From the IMG/VR virus record IMGVR_UViG_3300012943_000018, positions 1-41,018 of that record: a stretch of DNA of 41,018 bases, one strand, 5' to 3'. Shown here piece after piece: positions 24,201 through 34,784 of the stretch. Every line of letters begins with the position of its first letter. Position 1 is the first letter of the stretch. A program made the position numbers and the translations under genes. The stretch comes from a virus. Its lineage: Duplodnaviria > Caudoviricetes. The notes under the pieces were generated by a model. The model ran no database searches. It was not told where the DNA came from and saw nothing but the letters and a program-made list of their open reading frames with translations.

Positions 24201-24233
24201 ACGTACCCCGGCCTATGGCCATAATCAAATCCT

Positions 24234-24839
24234 ATGGATGAGAAAGATCTAACCCCCACTCCGGAGGAAGCTACGCTTGAAAAGGAGGCTCTTGAAGAGG
24301 TCCAGGACGAAGAACTCCGTGAGAAGTTGGCCGCCGATTTAGGCATCGAAAGCGACAACCCACTTCTCGATACTCTCGTTGAACGAGAGAAGGAGTCTCG
24401 CTCTAAGCTCTCGAAGGCGATCGGTCAAAAGATCAAGTTCCGAGAAGCAGCTAAGGGCGTGAAGCCCCCTCAAGAGAAGCCGAAACCCGACGCGGCCCCA
24501 AAGACCGCCGAGGAGATAGCGGAGACTGTGCGTCAGCAGTTCGAGCAGCGCGACCTTGATGAACTCGACTTTCCGGATGAGCTCAAAAAGGAGATCGCGA
24601 CTGTCGCGAAGCTGAAGGGCATCTCCATCAGGCAAGCCGTCAAGGACCCCTACATCGACTACAAGGTGAAGGCGTACGAGACCGAGCAGAAGTCCGATGA
24701 TGCCACCATCACCCGCAAGGAGAAGGGAGGCGGAAAGGTCCAGTTCGATCGAAGCAAGCCGCCGAAGGTGGATATGTCGACCGAAGAGGGCCGCAAGACC
24801 TGGGACGAGTACACCAAGTTCCTCCGTCAGCCGCAGTAG
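24234..24839 (+). CDS. Capsid scaffolding protein (putative)
   Basis: Acidic N-terminus, coiled coil, immediately upstream of the capsid gene. Confidence 0.7.
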   Translation: MDEKDLTPTPEEATLEKEALEEVQDEELREKLAADLGIESDNPLLDTLVEREKESRSKLSKAIGQKIKFREAAKGVKPPQEKPKPDAAPKTAEEIAETVRQQFEQRDLDELDFPDELKKEIATVAKLKGISIRQAVKDPYIDYKVKAYETEQKSDDATITRKEKGGGKVQFDRSKPPKVDMSTEEGRKTWDEYTKFLRQPQ

Positions 24840-24877
24840 CCTTCCTCCACTCCATGCGGTCTAGCACCTAGACCCAT

Positions 24878-26080
24878 ATGGATCTTCGCTCTCTCGATAA
24901 GGAATACTGGTCCGCCGAGATGCAGAAGACGCTGTTCGTAGAGAACACCGCCGTCTTCCTCGCAGACTACGAACCTTCTCGCGTTCTCACCGCTGACGGC
25001 CGCAAGTACCACAAGCCGATCATCAGCAAGCCTGCTACGGGTACTTACACCCCGTACCAGGACGTGAATCCCCAGGTACTCACTTCCTCCGACCAGGAGC
25101 TCGAAGTGGATCAGTTCAAGTACGCGTTCGTCGAAGTCGACGACACGGACCGCAAGCAGAACTTCTACGACGCCGCCGCTTTCGCAGCGATGGCGATGCA
25201 GAAGGAGCTCAACAACCTCATTGAGCAGCACTACCTCTCGCAGGTGGTCGACGCGCTCAACGTGGTCGATGCCGGTTCTGTCGGCGGCGTCCCTGGCCAG
25301 CCGATCGTGCTGGACACCTCGAACGCTGTGCAGATGTTCACCGCAGCGCACACCAAGCTCGATATGCAGGATGCTCCGTTCGCCAACCGCTTCGCGGTGG
25401 TCGGCGCGCACACCGTCGGCGTTCTTCGCCAGGTGAAGGGCTCCCGCGAATCCGCGCTCGGCGATACCGTTCTCGCGAACGGCATCATCGGTCCGTGGCA
25501 GGGCTGGACCGTGATCCAGAACAACAACCTTCCGTACTCGGCTTCGCTCGAGCTTTCGGTTCAGCCTACGGATGGCGATACTGTCACGATCGCGGGCGTC
25601 ACGTTCACCTTCAAGACCTCGCTCGGCGCAGTAGCCGGCAACGTCCTGATCGGTGCTGACGCAGCCGCAGCTCGCGTCAACCTCACCGCTGCTATCAACA
25701 ACGTCACGGCTTCGGTCGGTACGCTGTTCGTGCAGATCTCCTCGGAGAACCGCTTCGTCCTTACGGAGAAGCGCAAGGTGGTTGCCACGAACAACATCTC
25801 CGGCACGCAGATCGACATTGTAGGCTTCGGCGATATCGTCGTTGCCGAGACCTTTACCTCGGGCTCGAACGTCTGGCATGACCAGCTTCAGCAGTCCGTG
25901 TTCATGGTCCGCGGCGCGATCGACCTCGCCGTGCAGATGCCGGCAAGCGTCGAGATCCAGCGCAAGGAGAAGGGCTTCGCGGACTACATCAAGTCTCTCG
26001 AGATGTTCAAGGCTAAGGCATTCGACGACGGCGCTCGCGTCCTCGTTCGCGTGGTTCTTAGCGCCGCAAGCTGGGCATAA
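24878..26080 (+). CDS. Major capsid protein (P22-coat-like HK97 fold) with an inserted domain
   Basis: EYWSAEMQ, QELEVDQFKYAFVEVDD, KLDMQDAPFANRFAVV; position after the scaffold; 400 aa. Confidence 0.85.
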   Translation: MDLRSLDKEYWSAEMQKTLFVENTAVFLADYEPSRVLTADGRKYHKPIISKPATGTYTPYQDVNPQVLTSSDQELEVDQFKYAFVEVDDTDRKQNFYDAAAFAAMAMQKELNNLIEQHYLSQVVDALNVVDAGSVGGVPGQPIVLDTSNAVQMFTAAHTKLDMQDAPFANRFAVVGAHTVGVLRQVKGSRESALGDTVLANGIIGPWQGWTVIQNNNLPYSASLELSVQPTDGDTVTIAGVTFTFKTSLGAVAGNVLIGADAAAARVNLTAAINNVTASVGTLFVQISSENRFVLTEKRKVVATNNISGTQIDIVGFGDIVVAETFTSGSNVWHDQLQQSVFMVRGAIDLAVQMPASVEIQRKEKGFADYIKSLEMFKAKAFDDGARVLVRVVLSAASWA

Positions 26081-26094
26081 CCGGATCTACGCTT

Positions 26095-26424
26095 ATGCCT
26101 AAGATCCTCACACGCGCCCTTCTCATCGCCGGAGAGCCCTACAACATCGGCGGCTGGCCTGTTCAAGTCATCGAGTTCGATGTCATGAACATGATCGTCC
26201 GCGTCGTCTGTACGGGTGCTCCGGAAGATGGCAAGGCTGGATTCCAGATCGGCTGCGTCGCGACGGATAAGGCGTCAGGGGATATCTACCGCAATGACGG
26301 TACGACTCTCTCGACTTCCTGGACTCCGATCGCGGACGGCGCGACTGGTGCAACCGGACCGACCGGATCTACCGGCCCTACGGGTCCTACGGGACCTACC
26401 GGCCCTACGGGTCCGACCGGCTAG
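26095..26424 (+). CDS. Putative head decoration/fibre protein with a C-terminal collagen tail
   Basis: IYRNDGTTLSTSW followed by GAT/GPT repeats. Confidence 0.65.
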   Translation: MPKILTRALLIAGEPYNIGGWPVQVIEFDVMNMIVRVVCTGAPEDGKAGFQIGCVATDKASGDIYRNDGTTLSTSWTPIADGATGATGPTGSTGPTGPTGPTGPTGPTG

Positions 26425-26477
26425 GTTGTTCATCCTTAGCGAGCATCAGCGATGGTGCTCGCTATAGGGCGAATAAC
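26425..26477 (+). other. Long hairpin after the capsid/decoration genes (terminator or processing site)
   Basis: TAGCGAGCATCA-gcga-TGGTGCTCGCTA core, extended by GTTGTTC/GAATAAC. Confidence 0.55.
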
Positions 26478-26509
26478 GCCCCATTACCCATCCATCCATT
26501 TCTTTCTTT

Positions 26510-26812
26510 ATGCTCGAGAACATAGGCAAGCCGTTCTTCATCGCTGAAGCCGCCGACGACGTTATCGTGTCGACCGGTCCGGCGATCCTGCTCGGCATCA
26601 TCTTCGGTGAGGACGTTTCCGGTGCGGTCGTCGAGATCTCCGATAGCAAGGAGGACGGCGATGAGGACGTGAAGTTCTACTTCTCCGGCGACGAGCTCGC
26701 GACTTCGGTCGGCGGTCTCTCCGGAATCAACGCGACCTTCCAGAAGGGCATCGCGGTGAACCTCACGAACCAGACGAACGTCACGCTCATCTGGAAGCCG
26801 GCAGCCGTCTAA
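26510..26812 (+). CDS. Small virion structural protein
   Basis: beta-rich 100-aa ORF in the structural block. Confidence 0.65.
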   Translation: MLENIGKPFFIAEAADDVIVSTGPAILLGIIFGEDVSGAVVEISDSKEDGDEDVKFYFSGDELATSVGGLSGINATFQKGIAVNLTNQTNVTLIWKPAAV

Positions 26813-26823
26813 CCATTCCGGCT

Positions 26824-28569
<1,746 letters not shown>

Positions 28570-28588
28570 GACGCGCTATACTTTCGCT

Positions 28589-29293
28589 ATGAAGAAGATC
28601 ATTTTTCTCCTCGATATCGACGACTACGCGCCTGATATCAAGGTGATCACTTATCCGCTCATCGAGCGATACGCGAAGCGCATAGGCGCTGACATCCACC
28701 GCATCACCGAGCGGAAGTGGCCTGACTATCCTGTGGTCTACGAGAAGCTCCAGATTCACGAACTCGCCCCGAAGCTCGGGGCCGACTGGATTATCTATAT
28801 CGACTCCGATGCGCTCGTGCATCCTGATATGCCGGACTTCACCGAGCTCCTGCCGCGCGATACGGTCCTACAGAACGGCTATGATTTCGTACTGAACCGC
28901 ATCGACATCGACGACTATTTCCGCAGGGACGGCCGCTTCATCGGCACGTGCAACTGGTTCACCATTGCGTCCATCGCAATGCTCGACCTGTGGAAGCCGG
29001 CCGATGACCTCACGCTCGAGGAGATGGAGAAGCGGATGCATTGCATCCAGATCGAGAAGAATGCGGTGAATATGGAGGACGGACATCTCATCGACGACTT
29101 CGTGCTCTCGCGCAACGTCGCTCGATTTGGTCTTAAATACATGACAGTTCCGCAGATGCTCGCGAAGTTTGGCCGTGAAGGATATTGCTATCTTTATCAT
29201 GAATACCTCATCGACCGTGCCGAAAAAGTACGTCGTCTTACCATGATGCGTGACCGTTGGATGACGATGGTCCCTGATCCTTTGCCTTCATAG
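28589..29293 (+). CDS. Putative GT-A-fold glycosyltransferase
   Basis: YAKRIGAD, YEKLQI and IYIDSDALV (DxD); TATACT 6 nt before the ATG. Confidence 0.7.
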   Translation: MKKIIFLLDIDDYAPDIKVITYPLIERYAKRIGADIHRITERKWPDYPVVYEKLQIHELAPKLGADWIIYIDSDALVHPDMPDFTELLPRDTVLQNGYDFVLNRIDIDDYFRRDGRFIGTCNWFTIASIAMLDLWKPADDLTLEEMEKRMHCIQIEKNAVNMEDGHLIDDFVLSRNVARFGLKYMTVPQMLAKFGREGYCYLYHEYLIDRAEKVRRLTMMRDRWMTMVPDPLPS

Positions 29294-29297
29294 TCCT

Positions 29298-29663
29298 ATG
29301 GATACCACCCTCATCACTTTGCTCATCAACGCCGTCGTCACGCCGCTCCTGGTTCTCCTGACTCTGTGGGCGCGTGCCTCTACCGCACGAGGGAGCCAGA
29401 TGTTCGAACGCGAGAACGGCTTTATCTCGGGAATGGAGAAGCGCATCATCGCGCTCGAGAAGGAGGTGCGCGAGGTTCGCGTCGAGCTGAAGAACCGCGA
29501 CGCGGAATACCTCGAGCTCTATAAGGAGCACACCACCTTGAAGGCCAAGTACGAAGTCCTCGCGGTCGACCATGAGGAGCTGAAGAAGAAGTACGAGGCT
29601 ACCGTCGCCGAGCTCGCGAAGCTCGGGACGACGTGTCAGGACACCAGCCATCACGCCACCTAA
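29298..29663 (+). CDS. Membrane-anchored coiled-coil protein
   Basis: N-terminal transmembrane segment followed by heptad repeats. Confidence 0.7.
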   Translation: MDTTLITLLINAVVTPLLVLLTLWARASTARGSQMFERENGFISGMEKRIIALEKEVREVRVELKNRDAEYLELYKEHTTLKAKYEVLAVDHEELKKKYEATVAELAKLGTTCQDTSHHAT

Positions 29664-29664
29664 T

Positions 29665-30414
29665 ATGCAATACAATGCCGGAACCAACTCGATCGTCGCG
29701 GATGTCCACTACTGGGCAGGGACCGACGCGATCACGTATCCCATCCTCGACATCACCCGCAACGCGAACCAGGCGCTCTCGAAGGTCGTGGAGCTCATCA
29801 TGCGCTCGGCTGGCCGCTGGCAGTTCGACGACAATAACTACGACGACCTCCCGCTTGCGACGACCGACCTCATCGCGAACCAGACGAACTTCACGCTCGC
29901 GGTATCGCAGCTCAAGATCGCGCGCGTCCGCATCAAGGACGAGAACGGGAAGTGGAGGATACTCCGCCCGATAGACCGCCGCGACCTTTCCGAGCACGAG
30001 CTCAATGCGACCGGAACGCCCGACAAATACGACAAGCTCGGCGCGTCCCTGATGTTTTATCCGCTCCAGAACTACTACCAGCCGGAAGGCATCGAGGTGC
30101 AGTTCGAGCGCGATGCCGACTTCTTCGAGGTCGATGATACGACGAAGGAGCCGGGCTTCGCGTCGACCTTCCATCGGCTCATCTCCCTCTACACCGCGCT
30201 CGACTACACCGAGCCGAACGAGCTCGAGGCGCGTTCCCGGAAGATCCAGAAGCGCATCGAGAAGATGGAGGCCGAGCTCGAGGAGTTCTATGCGGACCGC
30301 GACCGCGACGAGCAGCCGTTCATGAGCACGGAAGGGAACCGCGATTATTCGGTCGACGGATGGGGCGGTCCGTTCTTCGGCGAGAAGAACTTCAGGGGAT
30401 TCCCGTACACCTAA
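29665..30414 (+). CDS. Putative head-tail adaptor (tail tubular A-like)
   Basis: Size, position before the large nozzle gene, GTPDKY and EPGFASTFHRLI motifs. Confidence 0.65.
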   Translation: MQYNAGTNSIVADVHYWAGTDAITYPILDITRNANQALSKVVELIMRSAGRWQFDDNNYDDLPLATTDLIANQTNFTLAVSQLKIARVRIKDENGKWRILRPIDRRDLSEHELNATGTPDKYDKLGASLMFYPLQNYYQPEGIEVQFERDADFFEVDDTTKEPGFASTFHRLISLYTALDYTEPNELEARSRKIQKRIEKMEAELEEFYADRDRDEQPFMSTEGNRDYSVDGWGGPFFGEKNFRGFPYT

Positions 30415-30417
30415 CCT

Positions 30418-33400
30418 ATGGCGAGCATCTTCCCGAGCGGCATCAAGGGCATCGCAGATACGAAGTGGTCCGGCGTCGCCGGGGCCGCTGCGCGTCTCAT
30501 CGGTATCGACTTCCGCAGCAAGCCGGGAGTCTTTACCGCGCACCAGAAGCTCGCGAAGGTATCGGGAGATGTGGTCGACGTGCTCGCGAAGGTGCGCGTC
30601 CGCCTGAACGACGGCAAGCGCCTCTGGTTCGGTGCGACGAAGGCGTTCCTCGATAACGCCGGCACGTGGAGCGAGAAGCTCGACCTCGACAAGTTCAACG
30701 AACGCGACGTGATGTTCACGAACCCTGAGTTCGGGTCATTCGGCGAGCCCTCCTCTGTGGTCAGGGTCAGCGCTGACGGCTTCATGGTCTACGTCTCGAG
30801 CTTCAGCACCGGCAAGCTCCGCCAGTATTCACTCTCGGAAGCGTTCGATATCACGAGCACGAAGACGCTCGTGGCGGAGTGGAGCATCTCTTCCGTATCC
30901 TTCTGGATCACGGAGACGCGTATTTTCATACTCAACCGCGACTCGGTAGACGTGTACCTCATCTCGGGAGGAAACATATCGACGCATCAGCTCATCACGA
31001 ACTGGGATATCTCGGCGCAGACGACTGCGGCGCAGGATATCGGATTCAAGGCGGACGGCACGGCGATGTACGTCATGGATACGGATGGCGATATCTTCGA
31101 GTACACGATCCCGGCATGGGGCGGAGTCATCCCGACGTTCTGGGAGCTGCTCGTCGGAGGCGGCGCGTCCGGAGGCGGCGCGCGTTCCTACACGGGAAGC
31201 CAGAAGATAGTCGCGGGTTGCGGCGGCGCAGGCAACGTATACGAGTCTCCGAACGCGGTCATGGAGCCGGGCACGGTCTATAACGTCTCGGTCGGTGCGG
31301 GAGCTACCGGCGCGGCCGCTGGTACGAACAACGGGACCGATGGCGGCGATACGACCGGTTTCGGCAAGACGGCTCTCGGCGGCGGTCACGGTACGGCGGT
31401 GAACTCGGAAGGCTCGGGTCATCAGCCTACGAATGACGGCGGCCCCGGCGGTTCGGGCGGCGGTGCTGGCTGGTATGACGATCAGGGCAATGCGTTCGGC
31501 GGTGCTGTCGAAGCTGGAAGCTCGCAGATGGGCGGAGGCACGAAGGGAGGAGACTCGGGCGATGACGGCGGTGGAGGCATCAACCTCTCGAGCACCATCT
31601 CGGGTTCTGCGGTGACGTACGGCGCGAGCCAGTCGAAGCGCAACTCGAACGGCAACGGGGCGAATGCGACCGGCATCGGCCAGGGCGGTCAGGGCGGCGC
31701 GTCCGGTTTCAATGGATCTGCCGGCGCACGCAGCGGAGGCAACGGCCTTGCGGGTATCGCCATCCTTCGCTTCAAGACGACGGACGTTCCTGGCTATTCA
31801 CAGTCTGGCGGCTCCGTCACGACTTCCGGCGGCGACACTATCATCACCTGGACCACGACCGGTACGTTCAGCTATCCGGGCCCTACGGCTCCTGCGTTCG
31901 CGGACAGCTATTCTTTCCCTACGGCTCGCGGCTTTGCTATCGAGTCCGACCGCATCTCCTTCATCGTAGGCGATACGGTGAACCAGTACGCGATGACGGA
32001 CTACGACCTCGACGACGTGACGCTGAATCCGAATCTCCTCTACGTCGATACCGTCGACGATACCGTGACGCCGCGCTCGATCCAGTTCACGGAAAAGTAC
32101 CTCATCATCGGCATGGAGACCGGCGCGGAAGACGACCTCACGAGCGTCATCTTCTACGAGTTCATCGGCGGAGGCGAGGAGATTCTTTCGGCCGCATCAT
32201 TCTCCCCGACCATCTTCCAGAAGGCGACGAGCCCGGTGGTCGTGGATTCGTACAGCCTCACGGCCGTCCTCAATAACCCGAGCTCGTTCAATGAAATCTC
32301 GAACAACTCGGACCCGAAGGACTTCAGCGTACGCGAGCTGCTCGACATCACTACCTCGGGAAGCCCGATCACGGGAGCTTTCGTTCGTGCCTACCAGGGC
32401 GCGGACCCATCCATCTCAACTCGTGGCTATGTCACCGCAGTCTCCTCAAGCGACGTGACGATGGTTCCCCAGGACTTCAACCCCGGCACGTATATCACCG
32501 ATGCGGTCGTCGAGGACGCGCTCATCATGGAGGCTTCCATCGGCGCGTTCTCCGGATGGGATGCGGTCGATACCGTCATCCAGCCGTTCACGCTCGCCCG
32601 CGATACGCTCATCGACGAGCTTTCCATAAAGTACCGCGAGGGCTTCGGGCTTGCCGGCGGCTACACGCTCACCGGCCGCATCAAGGACGATACGGGTACG
32701 GTCATCGCGACCGAGACGAAGACCATCGACTCGAACACCATCGGCCACACCGAAGCGACCATCACGTTCGCCTTCTCCGCTGTGACCCTTCAGGCCGGCG
32801 TGAAGTACACGATCGAGACGTTCGTACCGAGCGTCTCCTCGTTCGCATGGAACCGCACCTCGAACCGCTATCTCGTCTGCCCGGTCCGCAAGCAGGGCGT
32901 CTTCCCGTTCCCGGTCACGACCACAGAAGGGAACTCCGAAATCCAGGCGCGCCTCATCGACACTTCCATTCCTGAAGTCGAAGAGGACCGCGTTCCAGAA
33001 GAGCGCGTATACATCGCGACCGAGAAGATGCTCTTCTACATCAAGGCGTCCGACGTTGCCGGCGACTGGGGCGGAAAGATCCATACCGTCGGCTCATTCA
33101 AGAACGGGCAGGTGCAATATCACCCGATGGCGGTCCAGAACTTGCAGCTCTTCATCGGCGATAGCGAAGTGATGGCGAAGGTGAACGAGCTCGGCCAGTT
33201 CGTGCAGGAGACGGAACTGAACGTCGAGGGCAACGAGATCATCACGACGACCATCTCCTTCGATATCGACCTGCTCATCGGCACGAAGAACGGGAACAAG
33301 TGCCGCATCATCCGCTGGGATACGGTCTCGGAAAGCTGGACCGCCGAGGACACCATCGACGATACGGAGATCTACGCCTTCATCCGCGACGATAACTTCG

Positions 33401-34107
33401 TGTACGCGCTCGTCGGGGATGCTGGCCGCTTCTACTACTACGACGGCGAGAAGCTCGTGCCGTTCCAGAATATGCCGGGTGACTTCACGCCGACGGCAAA
33501 GGCGAAGATCAACGCGAACGCGGTCGGCTTCCTTCTCGGCGTTCCGGTATTCGGATTCTCGCAGCTCCTCGGCAACCCGGCCGACCAGGGCGTGTACGGC
33601 CTCGGCTCCTACAGCAAGGACTATCCGAAGACGCTCTCGCTCGACTTCCCTATTTCCCCGGACGTTCTCGTGAACATCGAGGTCGGCGCTATTCTCACGG
33701 ACGGCTCCGATATGTGGGTCTCCTGGAAGGCCGGCCTCACGCCGGAGTACGGCGTCGATAAGCTCGACTGGTCGAACAAGTACCCGAACGCATACCTCGA
33801 GACGATGATGCTCTCGCCTATCAAGAACCGCTCGAACTTCAAGACCATCGCCCGCGTCCTCGCGCCGTACGCATCTCTTCCGACCGGCACGAGCGTCGAG
33901 CTCGGGTACAAGAAGAACTATGCCGCGACGTATGAGACGTTCTCCTCCGTGGTCGACGCGAAGGGACGCAAGATAAAGGCGGAGAAGTCCGTGCCGGAAA
34001 TCGGCAACGTGCAGCTCCGGCTCGGGCTGGGCGTATCCGGCAACCTCGCTCCGGAGATCGAGGACTTCCAGCTCGACTTCGTGGCCGAGAGCACGCAGAC
34101 CGCATAA
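30418..34107 (+). CDS. Putative tail nozzle/stabilisation protein with a large inserted Gly-rich and beta-rich region
   Basis: 1229 aa; beta-propeller-like ends; central LLVGGGASGG...GIAILRF Gly-rich domain; follows the adaptor. Confidence 0.6.
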   Translation: MASIFPSGIKGIADTKWSGVAGAAARLIGIDFRSKPGVFTAHQKLAKVSGDVVDVLAKVRVRLNDGKRLWFGATKAFLDNAGTWSEKLDLDKFNERDVMFTNPEFGSFGEPSSVVRVSADGFMVYVSSFSTGKLRQYSLSEAFDITSTKTLVAEWSISSVSFWITETRIFILNRDSVDVYLISGGNISTHQLITNWDISAQTTAAQDIGFKADGTAMYVMDTDGDIFEYTIPAWGGVIPTFWELLVGGGASGGGARSYTGSQKIVAGCGGAGNVYESPNAVMEPGTVYNVSVGAGATGAAAGTNNGTDGGDTTGFGKTALGGGHGTAVNSEGSGHQPTNDGGPGGSGGGAGWYDDQGNAFGGAVEAGSSQMGGGTKGGDSGDDGGGGINLSSTISGSAVTYGASQSKRNSNGNGANATGIGQGGQGGASGFNGSAGARSGGNGLAGIAILRFKTTDVPGYSQSGGSVTTSGGDTIITWTTTGTFSYPGPTAPAFADSYSFPTARGFAIESDRISFIVGDTVNQYAMTDYDLDDVTLNPNLLYVDTVDDTVTPRSIQFTEKYLIIGMETGAEDDLTSVIFYEFIGGGEEILSAASFSPTIFQKATSPVVVDSYSLTAVLNNPSSFNEISNNSDPKDFSVRELLDITTSGSPITGAFVRAYQGADPSISTRGYVTAVSSSDVTMVPQDFNPGTYITDAVVEDALIMEASIGAFSGWDAVDTVIQPFTLARDTLIDELSIKYREGFGLAGGYTLTGRIKDDTGTVIATETKTIDSNTIGHTEATITFAFSAVTLQAGVKYTIETFVPSVSSFAWNRTSNRYLVCPVRKQGVFPFPVTTTEGNSEIQARLIDTSIPEVEEDRVPEERVYIATEKMLFYIKASDVAGDWGGKIHTVGSFKNGQVQYHPMAVQNLQLFIGDSEVMAKVNELGQFVQETELNVEGNEIITTTISFDIDLLIGTKNGNKCRIIRWDTVSESWTAEDTIDDTEIYAFIRDDNFVYALVGDAGRFYYYDGEKLVPFQNMPGDFTPTAKAKINANAVGFLLGVPVFGFSQLLGNPADQGVYGLGSYSKDYPKTLSLDFPISPDVLVNIEVGAILTDGSDMWVSWKAGLTPEYGVDKLDWSNKYPNAYLETMMLSPIKNRSNFKTIARVLAPYASLPTGTSVELGYKKNYAATYETFSSVVDAKGRKIKAEKSVPEIGNVQLRLGLGVSGNLAPEIEDFQLDFVAESTQTA

Positions 34108-34111
34108 CCCT

Positions 34112-34774
34112 ATGGCACACGAAATCGAACGCAAGGAAGTGAGCCCGGACCTCAAGCATCGCCGCATGGGGTCGGCGTTCGATATCCTTGCGAAGACCCT
34201 CCGCAAGATATCGCTCATCATCTTCGCGAACGGCTTCAATATCCGGAACCGCCCCGGCCTGAACGTCGACAAGAGCCAGTACCTCGCGACCGGCCTCGTC
34301 GACGTGAAGAGCATGACGGAGGCGTACTACGACCAGGCGTCGACCGACGGCATCAACGGCCTCGTCATCGGCCGCACCGGGAACGGCGAGAAGCGGAACC
34401 TTCACTTCATGGATATGGCCCTCGACCATCGCACGGAGATAGGCGACTCGCTCGGGTACACGAACGGCGTATACCGCGTCCGCGTCTCCCGCGATGGCGC
34501 GAACGAGGACCTGCGCGACGGGCTCTACGTCTTCGATCGCGGCTCGGAGAGCGCGTCCCGCGAGGGAACGGTCAACTGGCTTGTGGCTGCGGGCGAGGGC
34601 GGCCAGGTGCGTCTTTCTTATATGCCGGACCGCGACGGGAACCCCCTCACGGACGCGATCTTCGATATCTATATCAGCTCGCGCGGCATCTTCTTCTTCG
34701 GGCTGCCGACCTCGGCTTCCGGTCTCCCCAGCGGAGCCATATATAACAGCGGCGGAACGCTCAAAATAGTCTAA
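34112..34774 (+). CDS. Putative tail-associated protein
   Basis: C-terminal LPTSASGLPSGAIYNSGGTLKIV motif typical of fibre/tail proteins. Confidence 0.6.
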   Translation: MAHEIERKEVSPDLKHRRMGSAFDILAKTLRKISLIIFANGFNIRNRPGLNVDKSQYLATGLVDVKSMTEAYYDQASTDGINGLVIGRTGNGEKRNLHFMDMALDHRTEIGDSLGYTNGVYRVRVSRDGANEDLRDGLYVFDRGSESASREGTVNWLVAAGEGGQVRLSYMPDRDGNPLTDAIFDIYISSRGIFFFGLPTSASGLPSGAIYNSGGTLKIV

Positions 34775-34784
34775 TATTCATCAT

